NCBI RefSeq assembly: GCF_030028105.1
Contig: NC_092383.1
Span: 71,533,313 to 71,597,312, forward strand
Reading direction: 5' to 3'
DNA from: Mobula birostris
Taxonomy: Eukaryota
Length of the DNA: 64,000 bases
In this document: positions 13,961 to 27,959 of the stretch, piece by piece
Layout: the number at the start of each line of letters is the position of its first letter
Position numbering within the stretch: position 1 is the first letter of the stretch
Notes under the pieces: generated by a model
What the model saw: only the letters and a program-made list of their open reading frames with translations
The model's database searches: none
Told to the model about the DNA's origin: nothing
Position numbers and translations under genes: made by a program

Positions 13961-15416
13961 CACATGTGATAGAGATCATCTCCTCTGGTTTTAAAGCTAG
14001 AAGTGAGTTAGATGTGAGCTTGGGTATTTGAGCTTTGGAGTGGTACTAAGTGTGTGAGGGACTGATCATGAAACTGAACAAAGGAATTCTAAAGCACATG
14101 TTTTTGAGGTAATCAAATGGGAGATGGGAGTTGTTGAGCTCGCTCCTGACTTTGATAAAATGTTTTACTATTTAACCGATGTCCTGAATGACACCTTGGT
14201 GATATTGCTGTTGAGTGTGTCCTTCTTATGTTACTGTTTCTTGACGGGTAGATTGCTTGACTCCCAAGCTTAGAGAATTCCCTCTTTCTTATCCAGGAGT
14301 GGGCTGCTTTCTACTTTTCCTTGGCTGCTGGGAAATTTCTTAATTTTTATTATGACTTCTATTTAGGAGGTACAATTTTCAGCAGCACTAACCCATTGAA
14401 TTCCACTCTATAATTAAGTGTTAACGTGATAAATAGTGTGATGTAGCTTCCATAATGCCACAATCTACACATTGATTTGGGAACATGAATTTTATTTGAT
14501 ACCTGTGTCACATCATCTTGGTGTGGTTTAAATGTGTATCATTCCTTTAGGACATATCACCATCACAGTCCCTGCTAATCTCATTTTACACCATGTTTCA
14601 CTATTTGCTGATTAAATAATTCACTCTCTTATCAATAAACGGTTTACAGAACCATCCTGAGGCAACATTATTTCATTATAAAATTCATTTTGAGAGCATA
14701 TACCATTCTCAGAAGTCCTTGCACAGAGTATTTCTTAAAGTGAGTAATTGTTGACCTCTGGAACTTTCAATTACCTGTTTGAACAACTTCAATAAATGTG
14801 CCTTAAGGGGGGTCATCCTGAATACTGAATCATTTGATTTTCCCTTTGAGAACCTTCAGCTTCTGACGCAGGGTAGTTATTGCAGATGAAGCCCAGAGCG
14901 TACGAGTCTGTTTATTGTAACATAAATGAAAATGCTAAATTTAGATGGGGTGTTTAAGGAAATAAATCTTTATCTGATTAAGATAAGGAAGAGAACTTTG
15001 TTCCTTCAGAATCAAATTATTTTGTGTTATTAAGGAATTATGAATTAGAATCTGAAGTTATGTGGCTGCCTCTGTGTTCAACTATTGTTTTTAGTAGCAA
15101 AAAAACTCTTTGGCAAATGTCCAGATATTGAGCTGACTTTCCAAGTAGGGACCAGATAATCCTCCCCAAATATTTGTCATGATTCTGGCCCTGAGACCTT
15201 TTTTCCCAATTTTCTTTACTCACAGAATCATACTGCAGTGTGGAAGGTTAATTACTGCTTAAAACAGTAATATGATAGAAGTTCACAAAGATAGGCAAAT
15301 GCCAGCCAGGAGGTACAGTATTTTGCTTCTAACTTTAGAATCAATGAAGATGTTCAGAAGTGCCAGCCAAAAATATCTTACTTTATTATAGCCAATGCCA
15401 TTTATTTCTACTGCAG

Positions 15417-15520
15417 GATGTTACAACTATGCAATTCTGTGCCAATAAACTGGACAAGAAAGATTTTTTTGGAAAGTCAGATCCTTTCATGGTCTTTTAT
15501 CGAAGCAATGAAGATGGAAC
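15417..15520 (+). CDS. CPNE5: Copine (CPNE5-like) internal exon, C2B domain
   Basis: ctgcag|GAT...AC|gtaagt, 104 nt. Translates [34 protein letters not shown](T), a near match to copine-5/8. Confidence 0.9.
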
Positions 15521-16526
15521 GTAAGTATAATATTTAGCTTGTGGCATTTTTTTAAAAAAGGAAAAAATAACGAATAATCTTGGATGATTTTGCACCTGCT
15601 TCTGATAATTAATTAAAAACTTTTAAATATTATGAGGGGAAGGTATTTGAGACGAGTGTGATGTACCTCACCAGATTTTAAAAAGATACACGTTCTAATA
15701 CCCATTTGAAGATTTTGAATAATAGCAAAGTGGTCTTTCTGGCACTGGAAATAAATATTGCCTGTGACGTGTAAAAATCATTCAAGGCCAGGCATCATTA
15801 TCCTTTTGCTGTATACCAGCAAAGGTAGCTTGCTACAGGGACCTCAAACAATATCAATCGAATTTGGAGTAGGTATATTTTGGTTTGGTGGGTAAAATAT
15901 CTAGGTCACATGGGAAATAGAACAGAGATGTAAATTAATTCCAAGATGTGCAAACATTATGGTTGTATCATGTTTCTGTTATTTATTCTTTGGGGATTTT
16001 TTTTGTTTCGTGGATGTCTGCAAAGAGAAAACATTCCAGGTTGTGTACTGTATAAATTCTCTGATATTAAATTGAATATTAAGCTGCTGATTGGAACAAT
16101 CTTTGCTGAGGACCTGATAACAAATGCATATGCAAAACAAGCCAAAAATTAATCATGATTGAAATCATCTTAGAGTCCAAAAGGACAAATGTTTTATGTT
16201 GTAGTTGCCTCTAATTCAAGACATCATCTATTTCAAAGAACAATACAAATCTGTACTATTGTTTTAGAATGCACTTAGAAATAAAGCCTTTCTCCATAAA
16301 TGCTCTTGGGGAATAATATGAAGGAATATGTAACTTGGTCTTTCATTAATATCACATAGATAATGAAATTTAGTACGTGTCTTGCAAGGTAAGGCATGCA
16401 CTTTTTTCAAGAGAGTGCTTGTGACACTTTTGACATAAATGTGCACAGCTTTCTAAAACTTTCCACAAGAAATAATTATATTTGTTGCTTTGACAGTTTG
16501 GAATTCATTTTTATTTGTGTTTCTAG

Positions 16527-16631
16527 CTTCACAATTTGCCATAAAACAGAGGTGGTGAAAAATACACTGAATCCTGTGTGGCAGCAGTTTTGCATTCCTG
16601 TGCGGGCTCTCTGCAACGGTGACTACGATAG
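16527..16631 (+). CDS. CPNE5: Copine (CPNE5-like) internal exon, C2B domain
   Basis: ttctag|C...AG|gtaggt, 105 nt, phase-compatible with the previous exon. Translates [34 protein letters not shown](R). EDGT and IPVR favour CPNE5 over CPNE8. Confidence 0.9.
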
Positions 16632-19600
16632 GTAGGTTTCTAGAATTATGGTCTTTAAGTGCATAGGAAAATGAGCAATGAGATGGATAACACAGTGGAA
16701 AGGCATCTACAGAACAAGTAAGCATATTTGAAACATGAAGAGAAAGAATACCATAGTTCCATTGGACTGGTTGACACTGTTGTCATCTGTCAACATGCTC
16801 TAGATATCGGCAATCACTCAAACAGTAATGCATGATGGGACGTGCTGGAGGTCAGATGCCAACATATCTGACTACTCATTGGGCCATGGATTTAGTGACA
16901 AGAGCTGGGTTGTTTTGTGAACTATTGTGCTGGATTGCCATCTATGCTAAAACGATTAAAGTTTATTATTGTGGTTAATTTTTTAATTCATTCAAATACT
17001 TGCAATTAAAATAATATAAATATACATATTTTTTTCAACTGTTTCTAAATGTCTCTGATCATCAGAATGGAAAAAGCCTTCACACCGTATGAAAACCATG
17101 GAGGCAGTCCATGGGTGGAGACTCAGTTAAAGCCAAAGAAGGCTGACTTGGCAGCTGTGGGTAACTGTAGCCTCCAGGACATTGGGAGATGTGGGAGCAC
17201 AAAAGAATAATGCAACCTAGGATGGATTTCAGGTAGAACTGAGACTGATTTCTGATCAAACTCAGCAGAGGAGCTGACTGAACTGGGTTGACATGTCTGG
17301 CCTCATTAATTTGAATGGTGTTCTTGTCCATTTAAAAGTTCTATTTTTGTTATTTTAGTTAATGATGAGATTTTAATTCATTCACGTATTAATTGCTCTT
17401 TAAATAGCTATTTTTAGTTCTTCAAATTATTCATCTGTTTTTAAATGTCTCTGATCATCAGAGACCTTGGTGAATGGGAAAGACCTTCCAGCAGCTTGAA
17501 TGTCTTGAGGGAAGTCCATGGATAGGGTCTCAGTTTGAGCCACTGGAGGTCTAACTGCTTCTAGGGGGCTGTTCTTTGTGGAATGGCTTGGCAGTGGAGA
17601 ATTGATTAGGAGCCAAGTGAATGCAATAAGTTAATGCAACTTCAAGATTTTCACAGGAGGCAGGCAGAAGACAAGTCGATATCAAGGAAAACCCAGCCCA
17701 TTGTGTATGGTTGGCAAAAAAAATTAGAACAAAGAACATCGCATAACATCGGAACACACTTTCAGGAAGCTATGTAATTGCATCCCAGGTACTCTGTAAC
17801 CAAAGCTGATAAGAGTCCTGTTGTTCATTGCAGGCTGAATACCACGAGCCAGGTTTCCTTTAACTCTCTTCCATATTTTTTTGCTGCTGAGGAGATAAAG
17901 ACAGACAGTGACAAACAGCGGGCTGCTGAGATTGAATTAGAAGATCTGATTTCACAAGCGCTACAGAGATTTAAAAAAGCTACTTAAAATTTCTGCCGAT
18001 ACAAATTTTAGTTTCAGACTTTTCTTAAACTCTTTTCGTACAAAGCAGTTAACCAAATTATATTGTGCATCATTTACGATTGTACATGAATCTCATCTTT
18101 CTGAAGTGGCAGATTAAAATTCAGAGACGGTAGCATGAAATTGTTTCCATTTTTCAATCTTCAGCACTTTTGGTATATTGCCGACCAGGGAAAGATTTTG
18201 ATAATGAGATTGCATTCTGCTGCTTGAATTGATCACCTAGCCGGAATCTTTGCAAACAGATTTTGTGTTCATTAGTTCAACAGAAGGGATGAGATAATTT
18301 CTGCTGCGATCAGTGTTAGAACACATTTTTGCCACTTTGTGAAGATTGTTAATAATTCTAAACAAATATTCATTGGTAGTATTAATGGGAAATATCCATG
18401 TAAATGTCAATCAGGTAACTTATGAATAATATAATACATTCTTAAGAAGCTTTTAAAATAACAGATTGTCAAAAAAACAAGCTTTTCTCTCACCATGATT
18501 GCATTTGAGTTTTTGCAACTTTACTCAATTTTCATGAAAGTTAAACAAACTTTTAAGCAAAGGGATTTTAATTCCCAACTATTTCTTGCATGCAATCTTG
18601 AGAAATCACATTGATAAAGAAGGCTTTGCATGTGGCAGATGATACTTCATCAGAAATTCACAGCAATATTTCACAACCTTGTCTGTTAAAACTGTTAGAC
18701 TATTATCCTGATTTCTTGAAAGCCAAATTTTTTCACTCCAATCACTTCAATTATTTTGAACTTTCCAGTTGAGAGTCGGAGTGTGTCAATGTTAAATGTG
18801 GTGCAAATAGTGTGGAAATTTTGCAACATTTTCATTGGTAAGTGACTCATATTGGTAAGAAGTAGGAGACCTTAAGATGATAACTACAACATGTTTAATA
18901 ATTAAGACATAGGAGCAAAATTAGACCACTCAGCAATTGAGTCTGATCTGCCATTCCATCATGGCTGATTTATTATCCCTCTTAGCAGCATTCACGTGCC
19001 TTCTTCCTGTAATTTTACTAATAACTAACCTATCAACCTCCACTTTAAATATACACAATGACTGGGCCTCCACAGCTAACCACACTCTGGCTTTCAAAGC
19101 TGATTGCAGCTACATCAAATTATAAGCATCTGTTCCCAACATCATTAATCAGAAAAAAAATCTGTTGACTGAGTTCTAAAAATATTAAGGGTTAGTATTT
19201 ATTTATTAGGGAAGGCTGAGAAAATTTCAGGTTTATAATTAATGTAATTGAAATTAAAATGCAATACATTTCAGCAAAATAGGTATTAGATTAATATAGC
19301 TGGAATTATTTAGAGACTAATTACTTGTCCTGATTTTACCGTCTTCAGAATGAGAAACATCCAAATAAAATGGTAAAATATTATATGAATCCTAGTGTAG
19401 ATATCCATTTTCATCCCCTCTGCTATTAAGCAACAGTTCGGCTGGGAGTTACAGAAAAACGGTATGTAGGATCAAACAGACCCGCAGGTTTGTATATGGT
19501 GACACGTATATACTCTGATAACCTTTCATCAAAGGTTATGGTGAGAAGGCGGGGGAGTGGGAGAATGGATCAGCTCATGATGGAATGGCGGAGCAGACTC

Positions 19601-19854
19601 GATGGACCGAATGGCCGACTTCTGCTCCTTTGTCTTATGGTCTTATAATAAATTTTACTTTGAACTTAAGCACTTGCCTTTAGCTTGCCACTAAATTAAT
19701 GTGGATCAAGTCCAGTATTTATCTACAGTCCACTCCAAAGTATCAATTCTGCTCAAGAAATGCTCAATGCAAAAGTGATAAAGAGGGAAATCCACAACAA
19801 TACGAATTAGCGTATATGGAGTGTCTTTAGCAAAGTTAAATTGCCCATGGCACA

Positions 19855-20220
19855 GCAATAGTGGCGGGTTGGAGATATTTCTCGACCAAAGGAGGTGTAA
19901 GGCACCCCTTTTCTCTGCCAGCCTGCAGGTCTCCCTTGTGGGACCTGTTTAGTGCGCCCCCCCCCCCCCTCAGTTAGGGTCATGGGAGTTGGTGGTGGAT
20001 GGTTGGATGAGCAGCTGGTGCACATCACAAGTCCTGGTTAAGCAACTTCTGACGCCAGGCAGACAATCTCTGAACAGTGTTGATAATATCTGGGGTTACC
20101 CCTCTTGTAAAGACACTACCCATAAGAAGGTAATGGCAAACCACACCAGTAGAAATATTTGCCAAGAACAATCATGGTCATGGAAAGACCATCATCAACC
20201 ACATCATCTGACATGGCGTG
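19855..20220 (+). mobile_element. Short interspersed repeat (probably RTE-related SINE)
   Basis: ccaaaggaggtgtaagg...ggcaaaccac...catggtcatgg. A reverse copy of the head lies at ~3885-3980. Confidence 0.45.
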
Positions 20221-20289
20221 TGGTACTCCTTTGGAGTACCAGAACAATTAGTGCAGTGTTTGTGCAGGCAGATGTTGTTAATACCTCAG

Positions 20290-23200
20290 GCAAAGCCAGG
20301 AACCAAAAGGTTGAGCATGGTGCGACTAATGTCCTGAACTGTGTACAATGCAAGAAGTATCGAATGCAAGGCCAATGAGCACAGGGCATGAATCAACATC
20401 TATGATATTATGATATTGTAGCCATTAGTGAGAATTGGTTCCCGGAAGGACAGAACTGACAGCTGAATATTCTGGGGTTCTGTTGTTTTAGACACGACAG
20501 AACAGGAGAGATTTAAGGAAGAGGAGTGGCGTTACTAGACAGGGAAAATGTCACAGCAGTGCTCAGTCAGGACAGACTGTAGAACTTGTCTAGTGATGTG
20601 TTAAGGGTGGAATTGAGGAATAAGGAAGATATGATCACATTAAGACCTTCAGATATAGGAGCAGATTTGGGCCATTTGGCCCCATTAAGTCTGCTCTGCC
20701 ATTTTATCATGACTGATCCAATTTTCCTGTCAGCCCCAATCTCCTGCCTTCTCTCAAATCCCTTCATGCCCTGACCAATCAAGAATCTATCAATCTCTGC
20801 CTTAAATACACATAAAGACTTGGCCCCCACAGCTGCCTGTAGCAAAGAATTCCACAGATTCACCACTCTCAGGGTAAAGAATTTCCTCCTCATCTCCATT
20901 CTAAAAGGACACCCCTCTATTCTGAGGCTGTGTCCTCTGGTCGTACACTCTCTCACCATAGGACACATCTTCTCCACGTCTACTCTATCAAGCCCTTTCA
21001 CCATTGGATAGGTTTCAATGAGACCCCTCATTCTTCTGAATTCCAACGAATACAGGCCCAGAGCCATCAAACACTCTTCATATGAAAAGCCATTCAATCT
21101 TGGAGTCTATTTCATGAACCTCCTTTGAACCTCTCCAGTTTTAGCAGATCCTTTCTAAGATAGGGGACATAAAGCTGCTCACAATACTCCAAGTGAGCCT
21201 CATCAGTGCTTTATAAAGTCTCAAAATTACATCCTTGCTTTTATATTCTAGTCCTCTTGAAATGAATGTTAACATTGCATTTGCCTTCCTCACTACATAC
21301 TCAACCTGCAAATTAACCTTTAAGGAATCCTACACAAGGATAGCCAAGTTCCTTTGCACCTCAGGTTTTTGTATTTTCTCTCCACTTATAAAATAGTCAA
21401 CCCTTTAATTTCTTCTACCGAAGTGCATGACCATACACTTCCCAACACTGTATTCCATCTGCCATTTCTTTGCTCACAGTCCTAATCTGTCTAAGTCCTT
21501 CTGTAACCACTCTACTTCCTCAAAATTACCTTCCCCTCCACGTATCTTCATATCATCTACAAAACTTGCAACAATGCCATCAATTCTAACAAACAAAAAC
21601 CGAGCAACACACACAGTGCAGGAGAAACTCAGCAGGCCAGGCAGCATCTATGGAAAACAGTACAGTCGATGTTTCGGGTTGAGAACCCTTGGCAGTCCAT
21701 CATCCAAGTCGTTGACATATAACATAAGAAGAATTTGTTCCACAGACACCTGTGGAACACCACTAGTCACTGACAGCCACCCTGAAAAAACTCCTGTTAT
21801 TCCCACTCTTTACCTCCTGCCAATCAGCCACTGCTTTATCCATGCTAGAATCTTTTCTGTAATACCATGTTAAGCAGCCTAATGTGTGGCACCTTGTCAA
21901 ATGCCTTCTGAAAATCCAAGTACACAACATCAACTGATTCTCCTTTGTCTATTCTGCTTGTTATTTCTTCAAAGAATTCCAACAGATTTGTCAGGCTAGA
22001 TTTTCCCTTGAGGAAATCATGCTGACTATGGTCAATTTTATCATGTGCCTCCAAGTACCCTGAGAACTCATCATTAATAATGGACTCCAACATCTTCTCA
22101 ACCACTGCGGTCAGACTAACTGTCGTATAATTTCCTTTCTTCTGCTGCTCTCCTTTCTTAAAGACTGAAGTGATATTTGCAATTTTCCAGTCTTTTGGAT
22201 CCATTCCGGAATCTAGTGATTCTTGAAAGATCGTTACTAATGCTTCCACAATCTGTTCAGTCATCTCTTTCAGAACTCTGGGGTGTACACCATCTGGTCC
22301 ATGTGACTTATCTAACTTCAGACCTTTCAGTTTCCCAAGAATCTTCTTCCTGGTAATGGTAACTTCACACACTTCATGCCCCTGCCAATGTCTTCCAAAG
22401 TGAAGACTGATGCAAAATACTTATTCAGTTCATCTGCTATTTCATTGTCCCCCATTACAACATCTCCAGCATCATTTTCCAGTGGTCTGATATCCACTCT
22501 TCACTGTCTTTTACACTTTATGTATCTGAAGAAGCTTTGGTATCCTTTTTTAATATTATTGGCTAGTTTACTTTCGTATTCCGTCTTTGCATTCTTAATG
22601 ACCTTTCTAGTTGTTTTTTCGTTGGTTTTTAAAAGCTTCCCAATCCTCGAACTTCACCCTGATTTTTGGTCTATTATATGCTCTGCCTTCGGCTTTTATG
22701 TTGACTTTGACTCATCTTGTTAGCTATGGTTTTGTCATCTTTCTTTTAGAGTACTTCTTCCTCTTTGGGATGTATATACCCTGTGCCTTCCATTAATGGT
22801 GCTAAATTACAGACCACCCAAATGTCTGAGAGATTTAGAGGAACATATTTGCAGAGAGATCGCTGACTGTTGCAAAAAACATAAGGTTGTTATAGTAGGT
22901 GATTTTAAATTTCCACGTATTGACTGGGATTCCCTTATTGTAAAAGGAATAGATGGGATAGAGTTTGTCAAATGTGTCCAGGAAAGTATCCTTAATCGGT
23001 ACGTAGAAGTCCCAACGAGAGAGTGCACGATACCTGATCTGCTATTTGGAATGAGACAGGGCAGGTGACAGAAGTTTGTGTAGGGGAACACTTTGCATCT
23101 AGTGATTACAATGCCATGAGTTTCAAAGTAGATGTGCAAAAAGTTAGATCCTATCTGTAGTTGATATCCTAAATTGGAGAAAGTCCAATTTTGATGGTAT

Positions 23201-23420
23201 CAGAAAGAATCTGGGAAGTGTGGAGTGGGACAGGCTTATTTTCTGCCAAGGGTATACCTGGTAAGTGGGAGGCCTTGAAAAGTGAAATTTTGAGAGTACA
23301 AAGCTTGTATGTGTCTGTCAAAATAAAAGGTAAAGATAACAGGTGTAGGGGCCTTGATAGTCAAGAGATATTGAGGCCCTGGTTAAGAAAAGGAGGTGCA
23401 TAGCCAGTATAGGCATTGGG
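20290..23420 (+). mobile_element. Old CR1 endonuclease-region fragment split by a second CR1
   Basis: VELRNKEDMITL (ends ~20643) continues as MVLNYRPPK...VVIVGDFKFPRIDW (from ~22796). Confidence 0.7.
20644..22790 (-). mobile_element. CR1 LINE (RT and 3' end), internally deleted, with TSD
   Basis: ORFs with GPDGVHPRVLKE, DFQKAFDKVPH and YSLEFRRMRG...TRGHSLRI. 6-bp TSD cattaa at 20638-20643 and 22791-22796. Small Penelope end inserted at ~21590-21693. Confidence 0.85.
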
Positions 23421-23769
23421 AACAAAGTTGAATATACCTCTTGTTGCAACTAATTTGAAAACTCAACGTGATGTGATCAAATGTACTTAGGGGGATGTTG
23501 GCTTCTGTGATGCAGAGAAGTTATCACCACTCTAGTTTTATATGAAATACAACAGGATGATTGTTCTTGAAGTTAATTGTATAATGTTTGAGGTTCAAGA
23601 TATAAGAGCACAGAACTTAAACTTCCAGAGAAGGAATAAATAGTTAGAGAGTCTTGTGCTCTGTATTCTAGAAGCAGTATGAACTGTTGATGGAGCAATC
23701 ATTTTTGGTCATCCGTTACCTTTGTAATTACTGGCAAATATCTGCAATATTTTCTTTTCATCAGCGCTG

Positions 23770-25260
23770 ATTCATTTTGGTATTGGTTTATTATGGTCAC
23801 TTGTACCAAGATACAGTAAAGATTTTCTTTATGTGCCATCCAGAGAGATCATGCTGTATATTACTACCTCAAGATGGTTAAAGGAGAGTTTGTAAAATAA
23901 GGTGGTTGCTGCTCGAGAGAAAGTGCAGTGCAGGTATACAACTATGAGGTAGATTGTTAGATCAATGGTTCATAGTTATTAGTTGAAAGGTCAGTTCAGG
24001 AATCTGATAACAGAGGGACAGAATTCGTCCTTGAACCTGGTGATGTGTGTTCTCAAACTCTTGTCTTTTTTGCCCGATATGGAGTGGAGGAAGATGAGAA
24101 GATGACAGGGGGTGGGTAGTTTGTTGATTGACTGCTTTCCCTTGGCAACAGGAAGTGGATGGAGTCAAGAGACTAATTTGCATTATAGACTGGGCTGCAT
24201 TTACAACGCTCTGCAATTTCTTGTGGTCTTGCCAGAGGTGTGGCCATACCAAGCTGTAATGCTTCTGGATAAGATACTTTCTAAGGTGTATTTGTAAAAA
24301 TTGGTGAGAGTCATCAGGAACATGCTGAATTTCCTTGACTTCTGAGGAACTAAAGGGCTAGCTGTGCTTTTTTGGCCATAATGTCTACATGGCTGGACCA
24401 GGACAAATTGTTGGTGGTATTTAGACCTTGGAATTTGAAGCTCTCAACCATCTCCACCTTAGCATCATTGATATAGATATAGATGTACGTTTCACGTCAC
24501 TTCCTGAAGTCACTGACTAGCTCCTTCACTATCTTGTCATTAGGAAGAAGCTATTGTCATGACATTATGCCACTAGGCTTCTTATCTCCTTCCTGTATTC
24601 TTGTTTCATTGTTGTTTGAGATCTGGCCAGAAAGGCAGTGTCATCTGCACACTTGTAAATGGAGTTAGAGCAGGATTTGGCCACACAATTGCGAGTGTGT
24701 AGGCCGTATAGTAAGAAGTTGAGGACACAGCCTTGTGGAGCACCAGGATAATATAGATCTGGTTACCTGTTCTTAAACAGTGTAATCTGTTTATCAAGAA
24801 GTTAATGTTCCAGTTACGGAATCCTGGGCTGAGGAGGTTGGGAATGAGTTTGTTTAGAATTATGATATTAAAGGTGGAGATATAATCAATAAATAGTAAT
24901 GTGATAGAGGTGTCTTTATCATATTGATGTTCAAGAGTGAATGTAGGGCCAGGGAGATGACATCTACTGTAGACTTGTTTTGGAGGGAGGAGAATTGCAG
25001 TTGATCATGATTGTCTGGGTAGCTGGAGTTGATGTGTGGCATAATGAGCCTCTCATTTTACATCATGATGGATGTCAGAGCCATCAAGCTTCAATGGCCA
25101 TTTCCTTGTTTTCCTCTAGCACTGTGACAGTTGTCTTCTTAAAGCTGGTGAGAAACTCTGATGGGAGTGGGGAGAAATTAAAGATGTCTGCAAATGCTCC
25201 TGACAGCTGGTTCAGCCAGAATCTGAGAACATGGCCGGAGAATCCATCTGAGCCAGTCTC
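23770..25260 (-). mobile_element. Decayed Rex/Babar-like LINE
   Basis: Frameshifted remnants LSGAFADIFN...FKKTTV, STVDVISLALHSLL and KKLQSVVNAAQSI, homologous to the 10696-12093 ORF. Confidence 0.7.
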
Positions 25261-27886
25261 AGGAAGCAATTTCTCTCCTGTTTATAAATGGTGCAAGACA
25301 ATTAAACAACTAATGTGTGGAAAAGGTTCAATAATATCCCCATCTGCATTGATACCAGAAGACATCTGAATGCAGAAGACAATATGCAAGCATCTTTACT
25401 CCAAAAAGGCTCTCTTCATGACATAACATAATAGAAGTTAGTCTTCACAAAATGGGGAATCAACGAGCCTTCGTAAAATGAAAGTGAATTGGAATTCTTT
25501 ACAGTGATCGAACACATCATTTATACAAAGAAAAATGGTGGTTGTGTTGGCAGTTTAATGGTATATGTAAAAGAGCCTCTTAGGGCAGTAGTCCTATTTT
25601 CAATTATTTTCTGCTATTCCTTTAACAAAAATGTTGCATAAGTGGATATGCTTCCTGATGTTTGAGCAAGTTTCAAGTCATGCCACGGCTGCTCAGTAAG
25701 TGTAGACAACTTTGAGAACACACTGATAAGTGGCTTTTAATGCATGTGCTGAGCATCTGCAACAAGAGAAAAATCTACTTACCCATCACATTTAATAACT
25801 TTATCATTACTGTCCCCACCATCAGTGCTTTGGGGTCAATGTTGACTAGAAGCTAGCTACGTAAGAACTTCTGCAGAAATACCAGGTAGAAGGCAGGAGC
25901 GAACATATGACTAAATGGTGGCTGTGGTGGTGGGACAAATAGGGGGAAGCTAAAGATAATCCTGTAAAAAAAAAAATTGAAGTATGGAGCTGAAGTATTG
26001 TTAGGAAAAAAAGCACTGTGAATTTCAGAAATCTGAAATCTATAAAGAAATTCTGAAGTTCTGGTTATCTGAAATTGCTAAACTCAAGTCAAATTGCTGC
26101 AACGTACTGGCTTGGAAGATGAAGTGCTGTCCCGAGAGCTTGCATTGAACCTTATTGTAATGGTATTATCAGTGAAGAATAGAGTGCAGAAGAAAAAAAT
26201 TGGACCAAGAATTAAAATGATGATTTGATGGGCAGAATTGTACTAAATGCACAGAATGGCAGTAGTTAGATGTTATACACAGCTTCTGAAATTTAGTTTG
26301 ATTGACTTCAGTGCATCACTGGTACTTTGTTGTCTGTTTAATGTACAAAGTTTGAAGTGAATTTATTATCAAAGTACGAAGTGTGTTTCTTGCGCACATT
26401 CACAGTAGAATGAAGAAATAGAATAGAATCAATGAAAAACTGCACACAAAGACTGACAAACAATCAGTGTGTAAAAGATAAACTGTGCAAATACAAAGAA
26501 ACAAATAAATAAATAATATTGAGAACATGAATTGTAGACACCTTGAAAATGCATCCATAGATTGTGGAATCAATTCAGAGTTGAGGTGAGTGAAGTTATC
26601 CATGCTGGTTCAGGAGCCTGATGGTTGAAGGGTAATAACTGTTCCTGAACCTGGTGGTGTGGGACCAAGGCTCCTCTACCTCCTTCCTGAATGCAACGGC
26701 AAGAAGAGGACATGGTCTGGATGGTGGTGATCCTTGCTGTTTTCTTGTGGCAGTGTCTCTTGTAGACAACCACAAATGAGTTAATAAACATGGAGTTATT
26801 CACTGTAACAATTCTCCAGGTGCCTCAACACCATTGGTTTCAGAATTGTCTGGGTGAATAGAGCTTCAGGGACAACATTTAGTATAAGCGACTACAGTTT
26901 ATTGAGAGCAAGAACATTAAACAGGTAGCTCCCATAGCTACTTTAGGTAGGTTGTTACTTACGGGGAAGCAAAGCAAGATTGTGGGACTTTGGCCCCAAA
27001 TATCCCTGAGATGTCCTGTTGCATCACACACACTGTGTATTCTCAGCAGTGTCTGGAAGCAGTGAATACAACATCATAGTTAATGTGGCTGTAGTTCCTG
27101 TGCTACGATACTGAAGTCAATTGATTTTATTTTCACAATATTTTTACTAAAATAGGACTAGAAATTTCTTCATACAAGATTAGGAAAAGTAAAAGGCTAA
27201 ATAGTATTGTATCATTTGTTGTGTTTTAGTGAATTACATTAACTTTCAGAAGGTTACAATGATATTAATAGCAAATTCCAATGTTTAAGTTGTAGAAAAT
27301 TGTGCAGAATAAGCTATTTCATCATTTCATACAAAAGTACAGAAAATCAGTTTTTAAATGCAAAATTTGCTACAAACTTCTGTAGTAACCAGCAAAATTA
27401 ATGACATATCCATTTCAAAACATTTTTGAGTATGGCTTCCCTCACTTCTCAAAGACTCGCCCTTGATCAAAACTTTTCTTTATCTGTTACAAATTGGAAG
27501 CTTAGTGTGTTATATTGCTCATCTCAGAATCATCAGATGAATGAAATCAATCGAGATTTGAACCAAAGAGGATAAATTTCAAATTTCTGTGGAGTTTCTC
27601 CGGATATTTTATGTGAAATTTTACTTATGGGGTTGTTTCATCTGAAAATGATGATTAATGCTATCAATTCCAAAATGATCAGTTTTGGATCATACAACAC
27701 TTTACAATGAATGGGGGATGCCATATAATTTCTCAGTGAAAATTTCTCCATTAAACAGATACTTTTTTATTTTTTTTCTCCGTTAAAGTACTGCCATTGG
27801 TTTAGAGCAATTATAACGTGACAGTTTGATTTGACAGACCCTAACAAATATCAGATTTTAGAAATAATTAATAAATTTATCATGTA

Positions 27887-27959
27887 CAGTACTGAACCAA
27901 AAGTCTTAGGCACAAACAAAGTATATAGCTAGGGTGCCTAAGACTTTTGCATAGCACTG
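27887..27959. mobile_element. Tc1/mariner-type palindromic MITE
   Basis: TA|cagtactg..aaaagtcttaggcac ... gtgcctaagacttttgcatagcactg|TA. Confidence 0.75.

Noticed and set aside
13738-13979. ORFs with HTHTHT runs
   Set aside because: Translation of the (TG)n microsatellite.
17360-17458. Possible C/D snoRNA (atgatga ... ctga)
   Set aside because: Very AT-rich, no terminal stem or recognisable guide, and the duplicated copy lacks box C.
17778-17987. 69-aa ORF with helical-looking C-terminus (AAEIELEDLISQALQRFKKAT)
   Set aside because: No recognisable homology and no compatible splice acceptor linking it to copine.
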